From Wallemia ichthyophaga EXF-994 (taxonomy: Eukaryota; Fungi; Basidiomycota): a DNA stretch of 32,000 bases. The stretch is taken from contig NW_008806274.1 of assembly GCF_000400465.1 (NCBI RefSeq), positions 570,244-602,243 on the forward strand, in the 5' to 3' direction. Positions 20,963 to 32,000 of this stretch are shown here, piece after piece. The notes beneath the pieces are model-generated. The model searched no databases. It was not told the DNA's origin and saw only the letters and a list, made by a program, of their open reading frames with translations. The translations under genes and the position numbers were made by a program. How positions within the stretch are numbered: the first letter of the stretch is position 1; each line of letters opens with the position of its first letter.

Positions 20963-21066
20963 AATTATTAATTTGTGAGAGATCTGCTCAGACTCATTTA
21001 AATCCTTTTTTCAAATTTCCAAATTTCCAAATCGTTTGACTGTGATCTCATCTCCGTACCATCAAG

Positions 21067-24000
21067 ATGGACAGTAGTACACAGAGTACCCAGAACACAG
21101 CTGAAGATACTGACCAGCCCGTTGATGAAGGCTATAGGCCACTCAACGTACGCGACGCTCTCAGCTATCTCGACCAGGTAAAACTCCGATTCCAAGATAG
21201 CCCTGAAGTTTACAACCACTTTCTCGACACTATGAAAGACTTCAAATCGCAATCTATAGATACTCCAGGCGTTATTGACCGGGTTTCCTCTCTTTTCCGC
21301 GGTCATCCCGCCCTCATCCAAGGTTTCAACACTTTCCTTCCTCCAGGCTATAGGATAGAATGCAGCGACCTCTCTGGCACAAGTCCCACAGGCGGTACAA
21401 TCACCGTCACTACTCCTATGGGTGTTACCACTCTCCAGGCCTCCGCCTCTTTCCTACCTGCGTGGCAGGCCCAACACGCTCAACCACCTCCACCAGATCC
21501 TGTCATTCCACCTTCTCCATCCTCCCACTACGCCCAGAATCAACAATCAGGTGCCAACACTCCCACCGCTGCGTCTACTCTCGCTAACCAAAAACCTCCG
21601 GTTGAATTCAATCACGCTATTAGCTACGTCAACAAAATAAAGAATCGTTTTAATCAAGACCCTGAAACTTATAAAATGTTCTTAGAAGTCTTGCAGACTT
21701 ACCAAAAAGAGCAGCGCACGATACACGAAGTTTATGCACAAGTGAATCACTTGTTCCATGGTGCTCCCGATTTATTAGATGAATTCAAGCAATTCTTACC
21801 AGACACTACTGGTGCTGCTCCTCAATCTGGCGGTTTGTTCCAAATGGTTGGTCAGATGGTTCCACAGAGCGTGCCGTCCTCCATCGACTTATCACAGAGC
21901 GCTAGTCGCAGCATGACCAAGAAACCCACGCCTAAAGTTGATGACAAAAAGAAAAAGAGAGCACCTACGAGCGACTCATCGCAAAAGCAGTATTCTAAGG
22001 TGTGTATAGGTGTACTAGGTTTAATGGTCTTCTCAACTAACATTCAATCCACAGACAAAGAAGCCAAAGTTCGTGCACAGAGAAACATCACCACAATCAC
22101 AAATATCGCACCCTATGTCCACGCAACAGCCCACTTATTCATCCGCACGGATGGAAGAACCACCACAATTTCTCTACGAGTCGCCTTCGATGAGATCCGC
22201 AACAATAGTACCACCATCAATCCCAATCGACAAGACACTTGCAACTGTCGAAGAGATGGCATTCTTCGATCGAGTTAAAAAGTTCATTGACGACAAGACT
22301 ACGTATCATGAATTCTTGAAGCTGTTGAATCTGTTTACCCAGGATATTATTGATGCGCGTACTCTCGTTGATCGCTCCCAATTGTTTATTGGCGAAAATA
22401 AGGAATTGTGGGATTTTTTCAAAGCTATGGTGGGTATTGTCCCAGGTCCAGGTTCTGGCGGTCCAGGAGGCACGTACCAGATTGAGAATATTCCAGCTAT
22501 TGAACGTCCCAGGATTGAGTTAGAAGAGTGCAAGAAATATGGTGCCAGTTATCGTAAATTACCGCAGTCAGAAATCAGTCTGAGTTGTTCAGGACGTGAT
22601 GCGATGTGCTGGGAGGTTCTTAACGACGAATGGGTCAGCCATCCAACCTGGGCATCTGAAGATTCGGGTTTCGTAGCCCACCGCAAGAACCATTTCGAGG
22701 AAGCATTACACAAATCAGAGGAAGAGCGTCACGAGTACGACTATCATATTGAGGCGAATTTGCGCACGATTACTCTGCTTGAGCCAATTGCAGCGCGCAT
22801 TTCAGCGATGGACGGTGAAGAGCGTGCTGCTTTCAGATTGAAGCCAGGTCTTGGCGGACAGTCGAAATCTATATATCAGCGTATAATCAAAAAAGTGTAT
22901 GGACAGGAGAATGGATTGGAGATAATCAATGCTCTCCATGAAAATCCATCCGTTGCCGTTCCTGTCGTTCTCAACCGCCTTAAAGCTAAAGATGAAGAAT
23001 GGAAGCGCGCACAGAGAGAGTGGAATAAAGTGTGGAGAGAATTGGATGCACGCAATTACTATAAATCCCTCGATCACCAGGGCATAGTATGGAAGCAAAA
23101 CGAAAAGAAGAACCTGACATCTAAGCAACTTATTCTGGAAATAGAAACATTGCGTAAAGAGCAAATACAAAGACGTAAATCTACAATGTTCCCTGCAATT
23201 TCTGCTTCACCTATGCGTTCTAGGTATCAGATGGGCTTTATACTCGAAGATCAGGGAGTGCTGTTCGATGCTATCAAACTCATCCTAGCTTTCATAGACA
23301 GACCAGTGCCGCCATCGACTACAAATGGCAACAGCATCTCAGCAAGCTACTACAACTCTAACAATCAAGTGTATTCAGCTAGTGAGAGGGAGAAATTCGA
23401 GACGGTACTGAGAGATCTCGTACAAGCCTTCTTCAAGATTGATGAAGACAAGTTCAATCACTATCTAAGTCCAAATGCAGGTGCAACTGATGGCGTCGAT
23501 GGGGATAGGGATGAGACAATGCAGACTAATGGCGACCGTGAAGCCAGCCCAAGTACGCGTGATGCTGGTAAACCATGGACGAATATTACAACTGAGCAGG
23601 CATCAGTGGTACATACTGAAGTCAATAACGATCCTACTACTAAACGCAAGCATTTGAACTTTTTCTGCAATTCGACCTACTATATAGCCTTCAGATTGTT
23701 ATATGTAAGTGGTTTCACTTTACCCCTTTAAAGTGACCAACTGACTGTCATTCAGATTCTTTATAGTCGTCTGCACTCATTCAAAATGCTCGCTCAAGAA
23801 CTTACGACGAGCAAAAAGCAACCCGTCAACCCACTAGCGAAAGAAATGGGTCTTCACGACACATCTATCACTCAGACAGTTGGTATACCATTGCTAGAAA
23901 ATACTACGAAGGACGGTGCAGAGACACCAGCGAGTGTGCACTACTACGACTACCTTCTTGAACTCTCAGAGAGGTTATTTGAAGGTGAAATCGACCAAAA

Positions 24001-24859
24001 TGTATTCGAAGAGAGTTTGCGGTGGATGTTTGGTACGCGCGCATACCCAATTTTTACAGTCGACAAGTTGATATCGCAGCTACTGAAGCAACTGGGCAGT
24101 ATAGCGTCAGACCAAAAATGTCAAGAACTGTTGTATGTCCTTCAAGCCGAGCGTCGAGAGCCATCTTCGTCCAACTCTCGCCAATTCATCTATCGCAACA
24201 AAGCCCAGCGCATAATTGGTTCTGATGAGCCATTGTACAGAATTGAGTGGGTAGGCTCTACCAAGGAGTTGAGGATGCAGTTGTTAGCAAGAGAGGATCT
24301 CACTGTCGATGTAGATGAGCGCAAGCAGACGAGAGATCAGAAATGGACCTATTACATACAGTCATATCTCCTTCAAACGCCTACGGAGGGATTAAATGCC
24401 GACCTCACCGCACCATTCCTCTACCGCTCTATACCGCAGCAGAGCGAAGAGGCGGAGGAGGACGATGAAGAGACTGCTATAGTCGATAGATCTGAGTACT
24501 CTAATGGGATGGAGTTGCGTATCTGTATGAGAACGTATAGGATGTTTTTCGTGCCCAAGACTGAGGATAGCTTCGTGATCAAGAAATTCGGTAAAGGTGT
24601 ACAACATTCGCTCGGTCCAGGATTACGATTCGGCGGTGCGCCAGGACGCGTCAATCACAATGCTAGAGTCAGTAATGAGAACAGACTGAAGCGGTTGAAT
24701 AATTGGTTGGGAAAGATAGGACATGGACCTGACGAGCAGCAGCAAACCCAGCAAATTCAGCAATCCCAGCCAGCGATAGAAGAAGCACCAGAAGAACCCC
24801 AGCAGCAGCAAGCACAGCAATCCCAACAACCCAACAATGACGTCAAAATGAACGAATAA
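21067..24859 (+). CDS. SIN3: Transcriptional corepressor Sin3 (HDAC scaffold), 3 exons
   Basis: PAH1 ([10 protein letters not shown]...GFNTFLP), PAH2 ([12 protein letters not shown]), PAH3 (FFDRVKK), HID (GASYRKLP...CSGRD...[18 protein letters not shown]) and Sin3 C-terminal region ([23 protein letters not shown]). Phase-0 introns at 22000-22054 and 23705-23755. Confidence 0.96.
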
Positions 24860-24964
24860 TTGTTTATATTCATATTTTTAGCTTCTACCTTTTGTAATAA
24901 GTATTTATACGTCTCAACGTCATCTTCTTTTCGTCATTGTGTCATCATTGATTTCACAGCTAGG

Positions 24965-26030
24965 ATGGGCAACAAGGGTAGGTGGACTAGTGCTTAGGGG
25001 AGTGAGAGTCTGGCTAACCTGGCCACTAGACATAATCACGCTCGGAATGTTCATTGTCGATGAATTTGAGTATAACCACCCAAACGGTGAACCAAATGTG
25101 GAGAAACAACAGAATGGAGAATCTCAAATCGGGGGTGGAGGTACATACGCAATCATGGGAAGCAGGATGTGGACGAGTCCGACACGCCTTGGACAGATTA
25201 TAGACACGGGGAGAGATTTTGACGAAAGCACGAGAAAGATACTGGAAAGCTATGAACATGATGAAACCAACAGAATGTTTATTCTCCGTCAAGACCCATC
25301 CAAGCCGACGACGAGGGCTTTGAACAAATACATGGGACAGCGAAGAGAGTTTAAGTACCTCACAGAGCGCCACAAGCTCCACTTAAAAGATTATATCGCT
25401 CTCGGTGTGGATGAGGCCAAGTACTTACATTCGGTATGTAATCCCGAGCGACAAACAGCCATAATAAAGGAAGTGAAAGAATTAGGCTGGCGGAATGTCA
25501 CGTACATCTATGAACCACTGCCGGAGGCTATGACGGCTACGAACATGGACCATCTGATTGAGACGATGAAGATTGATCGTGAAAATACGCTCCTCTCGCC
25601 CAACCACACAGAGGCTGCTGCGATGCTAGGTGTGGATGAGCCAACGTCTAGCAAAGCATGCGAAGAGCTCACTCAGGCTATACATGACTACGTCAATGCC
25701 TCAAAGGTCGTGTTGAGATGCGGCAAGCTAGGTACCTATGTCAGCACACCTGATGAAGCATTCTGGGTGGAAGCTTTACATATACATAATCAAGAAAAGG
25801 TTTTAGACGTCACTGGCGCTGGTAACGCTTTCTTGGGCGGATTGGCAGGCGGACTGAACAGGTATGGTGATATCAGGAAAGCAGCTGCGTGTGGAACTAT
25901 CTCTGCTGGATATACCATCGAGAAGGATGGCTTGCCATGTGTTTCATTGGTAGATGAACAAGAATGCTGGAACGGCCGCACTCACACTGCAGAGCAAGAG
26001 CTTGATCATTTTATCAAAACTCGCATGTAA
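24965..26030 (+). CDS. PfkB-fold protein, Mak32-like, 2 exons
   Basis: Intron 24978-25029 (GTAGGT...GCTAAC...TAG) gives MGNK|DIITLGMFIVDEF. Motifs GGGGTYA, SPNHTEA and DVTGAGNAFLGG. Confidence 0.85.
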
Positions 26031-26135
26031 AGCATTAAAATTGTAAAGTTGGATATATTCTTCAGTCGTGCAGTGTTTCTTTACAAACTGTAAGTAAATG
26101 CTATAAAAAATCCTTAGTGAAAATTGAACCTATGT

Positions 26136-27429
26136 TTAGAGTCTCTCCAAGACGAGTGCAGTAGCAGCACCACCACCGTTGCAGATAGCAGCAGCACCCT
26201 TTTCACCAGTGGTCAATTGGTGGATCAAGCTAACGACGATTCTCGAGCCCGAGTTTCCGATAGGGTGTCCAAGACTGACAGCACCACCGTTGACGTTAAC
26301 CTTGGCGAGATCGAGACCGAGCGCCTTTTCACCAATTTTAGCTACGGAAGAGAATGCCTCGTTGAGTTCAAACTTGGCAATGTCCTTAACCTCAACGTTT
26401 GCCTTCTGGAGTGCGATTGGGAGTGCTTTCGTTGGAGCAATTGGGAAATCAATTGGTGCCATGGCAGCATCAGCTGATGCGATGAGTTTTGCAATTGGCT
26501 TAATACCCAATTCCTCAGCCTTTTCTTTAGACACAAGTATCAAAGCAGATGCACCGTCATTCAAAGTTGACGCGTTAGCTGGCGTTACTGTGCCATTCTC
26601 CTTTTGGAATGCAGGACGGAGCGATGGGACCTTGTCGAGGAGAATCTTTTTGTACTCTTCATCTTCTTTGACGATGATATCGCCCTTGCGCGTCTTTACT
26701 ACAACTTCGGCGATCTCATTATCGAAGCGACCAGTCTTCCATGCGTCAGCTGAGCGTCTACAGGGTGTTATAGGGGATTTGAACAAATATTCACAAGACA
26801 CACCTGTAAGATTCAATAGCGTAATTGTCTTGGTCTTCTCTAGTGATATCGAACTTCTTAGCGGCAGATTCAGCACAGCCACCCATGTGAATGTTGTTGT
26901 ACACATCCCAGAGGCCATCAGTCATGATAGCATCAGAAGCCTGGAAATGGCCAACAGGAGCCTTCTGGCGAGGAAGAAGGTATGGAGCATTGGACATGGA
27001 TTCCATACCACCAGCAACGACGACGTCTTTCTCACCGAGTCTGATGGATTGAGCAGCGAGGTTGATAGCCTTCATACCAGAAGCGCAGACCTTGTTGACG
27101 GTTGTAGCGTCTACAGTATCTGGTAAGCCAGCGCCAAGGACGACTTGACGAGCAGGTGACTGTCCACAGCCAGCTTGAAGGACTTGTCCAAAGTATAACT
27201 CCTCCACTGCGGACGCTGGTACATTTGATTTCTCAAGTGCCTTCTTGACTGCTACAACACCAAGCTGTGGTGCGCTCAGCGTTGCTAAACCGCCGTTGAT
27301 AGATGCGATGGGTGTACGCTGTGCTGCTGCGATATACACTTCACGGCCTGACATATTTGATATTTGTCTTGTTCCAAGAGCAATTGCTGAGGCGATTGGC
27401 TTTGCCTTTGATAACCCTAATATTAACAT
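26136..27429 (-). CDS. ERG10: Acetyl-CoA acetyltransferase (thiolase II), 2 exons
   Basis: NKVCASGMKA (catalytic Cys), GGMESMSNAP, NEAF, GHPIG and ICNGGG. Intron 26803-26758 gives ESYR|RSADAW. Confidence 0.95.
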
Positions 27430-27460
27430 AATCGTACGATTTTAACAAATAAAATAAAAT

Positions 27461-29894
27461 TTATTTCAATTCCAATAAAGCTATTTTATTATCTTCTGAA
27501 CAGCTCAGTAGAGATCTATTTCTTAGGCGTATTTTGTTTATGAATCCGTTATGCTCTTCCACACTCGCGCGCTTTGTCCAGCTATCAAAATTTTCACCGT
27601 TCTTTTCGTATATTTCGATTAGCCCATTTTCTAAACCAACAGCCAGTAATTTTCCTGACATTGACACAGCTGTTGCAGCCTCGTCAAATTTCAGCACACA
27701 TACTGCATCCCAACTGCTATTGTCCTTGCTACCTGCGGATCTGCACCACACTCTTACAGTCTTATCGCGTGATGCTGTGACGAATGCATTACCGCAATTG
27801 CTGAATTGGCAATCCCATATGATACGTCCATGAGATTTATTAGCAGCGACGGCAATATACTCTTCCTTGTCTGACGCTTTCTCGAATAGTCTCCATGTTC
27901 TATCTCGACTCACACTTAGTATCATTTTGTCATCAGGCGAAAACTGTATACTTGTGATGGTAAGGGTATGTCCTTCGAGAGGATTACCATAATGCATACC
28001 CTTGATTGCATCAGTTATTCTCACAACTGCATGCTTTGCACTCTGAGCCTTACAAGCCGTTGCTAGTAAATTGGAGTGATGAGCAGCTGCGATACTGAAC
28101 AACTCATAGCCGTGTCCGAATAATTTGTTGGATTCAGGCCATAAACTAGTCACCAGCTGCTCCTCAACTGGTGGTTTAGCAAGCTGAGTACCATAGCTAT
28201 GACTCAAACTCCAATCTTTATCCTCCTCCTTGAGCTTCAACTCATCAGGATGTTCGTCATTCTTGACTAGACGGTTGGAAAGCGACTGAGGAGGGAGGGA
28301 TGCACCGAGTGGACGACTTTCTTCATCCACATTATCATCAATTACGCCTAACTTCTTCGCACTCCTGATCCATCCTTTTGGTGCTTCGAATGTTCGGACA
28401 ATCTTCTCATCCGCCGCACTAGCAATTTGGGAAGAATCACCACCAATGAAAGCAAGCGCTTGCATATCATATCCATGCGACTGAGGTCTGTTTAATTCAT
28501 GCCACGATTCGACACCATTTCTCTTCCATGGACCATGCAGGCGAGTAGACTGGTCGAGAGACGCCGATAAAAAGAATTGATGGTTTGGATCCCACACGAC
28601 ATCTTTGACTGGGTTGGGGTGTCCAGTGATTGCTAATTCTGGTTGCCACAGCCCCATCTCGGGTGTGTGCACCCATCTGTGGAAGCTACCGTTGAGACCG
28701 TGAGCAAAGACCTCTTTACCATTCGGAGAGAAAAGTCCACCAAAGAAACCTAATCCACCTGTACCGAATTCACCGAATCTTCTCTCATTCATCCACATAC
28801 CATCAGATTGAGGTGCCCATAGAATCATAGATTTGTCTGCTGAAGCACTTAATAGATATTGCGGCTGTATATATTTACTATCTGACTCCCACTGTACAGG
28901 ATGCCAATGGAGACCGGTTATCCAGCTATCATGACCCAGTAACAAAGCTTCAAAGTTGAGTTTGTATCTGTAGCTGGGCGTTAGCCGTAATAAATAAAGC
29001 CAAGAATGCTCACTGTTTAGAGGTATTCTGATCTGTGAACACATGAGATTTAGTTGAAAGACTAGACGTTGTAGCGTCCGATTCCTGCATTTTCCTCTCG
29101 AAATCATCTAAAAGAGCGCTATTGAGAGTAGATTTATCTAGATTCACTTGAAGGTTTGGCTTGTTATCGAGATGGGTGGTAATGTTCCAAAGTCTAATGT
29201 AACCATCCTGAGAACCACTAGCAAGAACAAGATTATCACCGTTATCGGATGGGAAATTAGCGAATGAGAGTGCTCTAACCCAATCCTCGTGACCCTCTAA
29301 GCTCAAGGCCTTAACGAAGGAGTTGTTAACCATTATCCAGATTTCGATGCGATTGTTAGTGAGTGAAAGAGCCATAATAGGAGTATTTGAGTGAGGTAGT
29401 AGAGAGATATTAACATCTAGAGCAAATCTACCTGCTAAGTCGATAGACTGAATCTGTTCCGTCTTAGAATCAACGATATTCCAAACTTTAAGTAGAGAGT
29501 CTGATCCAGCGGTAACTAGCAAGTGACTATTCCTATCAACAAAGGGAGCATTTAGAGTACCAATTGCAGAAATTGATTTAGAGTGTGCGTCTATAGATGT
29601 AATTGGAGCGTATTGATCATTCCAAATGATAATTTTACCGTTTGTACACCCTGATACCAAATCGTTTGAATATTTGAATGATTGAAGGTATTTGACAATT
29701 CTAACATCACCGCTATGTCCTTGTAGAGTATGGCTTACGCCTTTACAGCGTGTATCATTTGGATTCCAGATACAAACGTATTTACCACCACCGAAAGCAA
29801 CAAAACCTTTATAATTGATATCTGCAGCGTTTGTTGATCTATTGCAGCCAATTGAAATATATTTTTTATCGTAAGCGTGAGAAGAAGAAGACAT
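27461..29894 (-). CDS. ELP2: Elongator complex subunit 2 (double WD40 propeller), 2 exons
   Basis: LEGHEDWVRAL, LASGSQDGYIRLW, FEALLLGHDSWIT, SLDQSTRL, WHELNRPQSHGYD, DEKIVRTF, LWPESNKLFGHGYE and HGRIIWD. Intron 29015-28968. Confidence 0.95.
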
Positions 29895-29937
29895 GGTTGT
29901 TGTACTTCAACAACCAACATCAACAAGAAATAAATAA

Positions 29938-30853
29938 ATGTTTGTTAGCTAATTATCTCTAATAACCCATCTCATAGTCCTTTAATAGGTACAACGGTAT
30001 TGGTCTTCATTCAGCTCGTGGAAGTGGTACAAATGGATACATACAGCGTAATCTTGCATATATAAAACCACGTGAACAGCAATCAACTTATAAAGAAGAA
30101 ATATCAGCAAGGGGTAGATCACCAGATAGATCCATACTCGAACATGATCAAAAGCGTAAGATTGAATTGGAAATTATTCAATTACAAGATGAATTGGAAG
30201 ATAAAGGAATTCCTGAGAGTGAAATTGAATCAAAGTGTAGTGAATTACGTCATGAGTTACTCAATAGACCCACACAACCAATAAATACAAAGAATCAATT
30301 CAAAGGTCATCAAACACATGCAATCGCTGCTGCTAAAGCTCTCGAAATGCAGCGTATTGATCATGCTTTCAACACAAACACCAATTACAAAGAAGGTGAC
30401 GCCTTCGATCGCGATTTACAAGAACGTAAACGTTTAGATAGAGCTGAAAGAAGAGAGCATCATCAAGCTATGCGCATTCAACGTGAAAGAGAAGGTAGAC
30501 AGAGTGCTAGAAGTCAGGTTGAGCGTGATTTAGATGAAAGAGAGAGAGACAGGGATGTGGATGTAAGGAGGTCTCCTGGTAGACCTTCTAGAAGGGATTA
30601 TCGATACGACGACAGATCCAAATCCCCAGACTATGATGTCAGAAGGTCTCCTGCTTACGATAGCAAACGTAGATCACCTTCTCCAAACGACAGAGGTAGA
30701 TCTTTATCACCCTACTCCAAAAGAGCGGCACTCTCACGCAGAAGGTCACTTTCTGACTCAAAATCACCACTCCCGCAATCCCCGCGAAGAAGAAATTTTA
30801 CAGGGGATACCAGAGCATCTTTAACCCCTTTGACGCCACACTCTGATGCATAA
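29938..30853 (+). CDS. CWC21: Pre-mRNA splicing factor Cwc21 (SRRM2 N-terminal homologue), start codon split by an intron
   Basis: AT(29938-29939)|intron 29940-29988|G gives MYNGIGLHSARGSGTNGYIQRNL...ILEHDQKRKIELE (cwf21 domain), followed by an RS/RD-rich tail in frame with ORF 30167..30853. Confidence 0.92.
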
Positions 30854-31074
30854 TCAAGTTAAGGTTGTATTATAGTTATACATAATTCATTTATCTCAGA
30901 ATTATTAAAGAATACACGTTTATAGAGAACTAAGGAGATAGTGACCTTATAGAGATGAAACAAGGAATGAAAAAGGTTGGTTTCGTTATTGAGGATTTAG
31001 TGTGTATTTGCGTGAGTGTGGAGTAAAAACAAAGCGATTACGAGTAACCTCATCAAGCAAGTTAACCCAACATC

Positions 31075-32000
31075 CTAATAGATTGCTCTTTGCGATTGTG
31101 CTTGTGCTTGAGACTGAGCTTGAGCTTGAGCATGCTGCTGCTGCAAGGTTGGTGCTTGCATTGGAAGTGGAGACAACATATTGTTAGATTGGCCTGGATG
31201 ATTCTGTGTCTGAGATGTTTGTTGCGATCCACCTCCATTTCCTCCTTGTGCTTGTGCAACGTTGCATCCTGAATGTTGTGATAAAACATTTCTCAGCACT
31301 CCAATCTCCTCTCTAAGAGCAACTACTGTTTGTTGTAATGCTTCGTTGTCAGTCTGGAGAAATTCAACCTTCTGTTGTAATTGTTGCAGCCATGCCTTCT
31401 TTCTTTGGCGACACTTGAGTGCAGCTTGACGATTCCTTTCTAAGAAGTTCTTACGTTTCTCATCTTCTGTCATCTCAGCTTTGCTTGAATCTGGTATAAG
31501 TCATGTGAGCAGGAAAATATGTCTGACACAAAACTTACTACCACGAGTTGCACTACCAGCTCTAGTGGAAGAAGATGGCATCGCCAACTCATCGTCATCC
31601 TCGAATGCATCATCGTCATCGTCATCTTCTTCTTCTTCTCTCTTGGCTGCATTTGATCTCCTACCCCTACCTCTACCACCACCCCCACCAGATCTTCTCT
31701 TGTTGGAAGTAGCTGGAGAAGGAGCAGAAATTGAGTCCGGCTTTCTCTTCTGGCCGACGTCAGCTTCCGGACTTTCGGCAGAAGACTGATCATGTCTACT
31801 AGCTTGGGAGAGTAAGAAAAGACCATTAGCAGCGTTAGCAGCCGCGTCACCGGAATTTCTCTCATAGCGTTGCTGATTCTGTTGTGGAGGTTCAAGACCT
31901 TCTTGCTTGACTTGAGGTTGATAGTTCCTATAGTTTTGGAAAGCATCAGACTGATGATCAGGGTTAATCGGTCTACCACTGCCATCAAAACTAGCAACTA
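31075..32000 (-). CDS. ATF1: ATF/CREB-family bZIP transcription factor (Atf1-like), 5' part off the right edge
   Basis: bZIP EKRKNFLERNRQAALKCRQRKKAWL plus leucine zipper. Upstream exon (intron 31538-31491, GTAAGT...CCAG) contains AANAANGLFLLSQA, a motif seen in fungal Atf1 proteins. Frame is open toward the window edge. Confidence 0.88.

Noticed and set aside
26019-26030. C-terminal TRM of the Mak32-like protein as a PTS1
   Set aside because: Thr at position -3 departs from the (S/A/C)(K/R/H)(L/M) consensus, so it is too weak to call.
26179-27126. 315-aa plus-strand ORF
   Set aside because: Lies antisense and in codon register to ERG10. It has no recognisable motifs and is a typical shadow ORF.
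29893-29937. Plus-strand ATG overlapping the ELP2 start (CATG), as an alternative CWC21 start
   Set aside because: It reads MVVVLQQPTSTRNK and stops before the CWC21 exon, so it is at most a short uORF.
1-32000. Mobile elements, tRNA/rRNA/snoRNA, CRISPR, or a secondary-metabolite cluster
   Set aside because: No transposase, RT or integrase motifs, terminal repeats, cloverleaf or spacer arrays were seen. Spacers and introns are too small for most ncRNAs, and the genes are functionally unrelated housekeeping loci. A covariance-model search was not run.

Overview
Gene-dense eukaryotic (fungal, most likely basidiomycete) chromosomal DNA. I reconstructed 20 protein-coding genes by hand splicing: rhodanese-PTP (cut at left edge), SET1, EMI1-like, ERB1, MRPL19, ribokinase, an unknown membrane protein, RET3, KCS1, a small secreted protein, an atypical CAMK-group kinase, a DUF1275-like protein, a DUF7719-like protein, ATP7, SIN3, a MAK32-like PfkB protein, ERG10, ELP2, CWC21 and an Atf1-like bZIP (cut at right edge). 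The 30 inferred GT-AG introns are 39-68 nt and intergenic gaps are often under 60 bp. That architecture resembles the very compact Wallemia genomes, but this is an inference and not a database result. I found no mobile element, rRNA, tRNA or CRISPR array, and no clearly new multi-gene system. The most unusual signals are: overlapping head-to-head start codons (SET1/EMI1), a splicing-factor gene whose ATG only exists after splicing (CWC21), a kinase lacking the alphaC Glu but with a phosphomimetic activation loop, an altered Set1 RxxxRR motif, and a CRE cluster plus uORF upstream of the MAPK-phosphatase-like gene. All exon boundaries are manual predictions.
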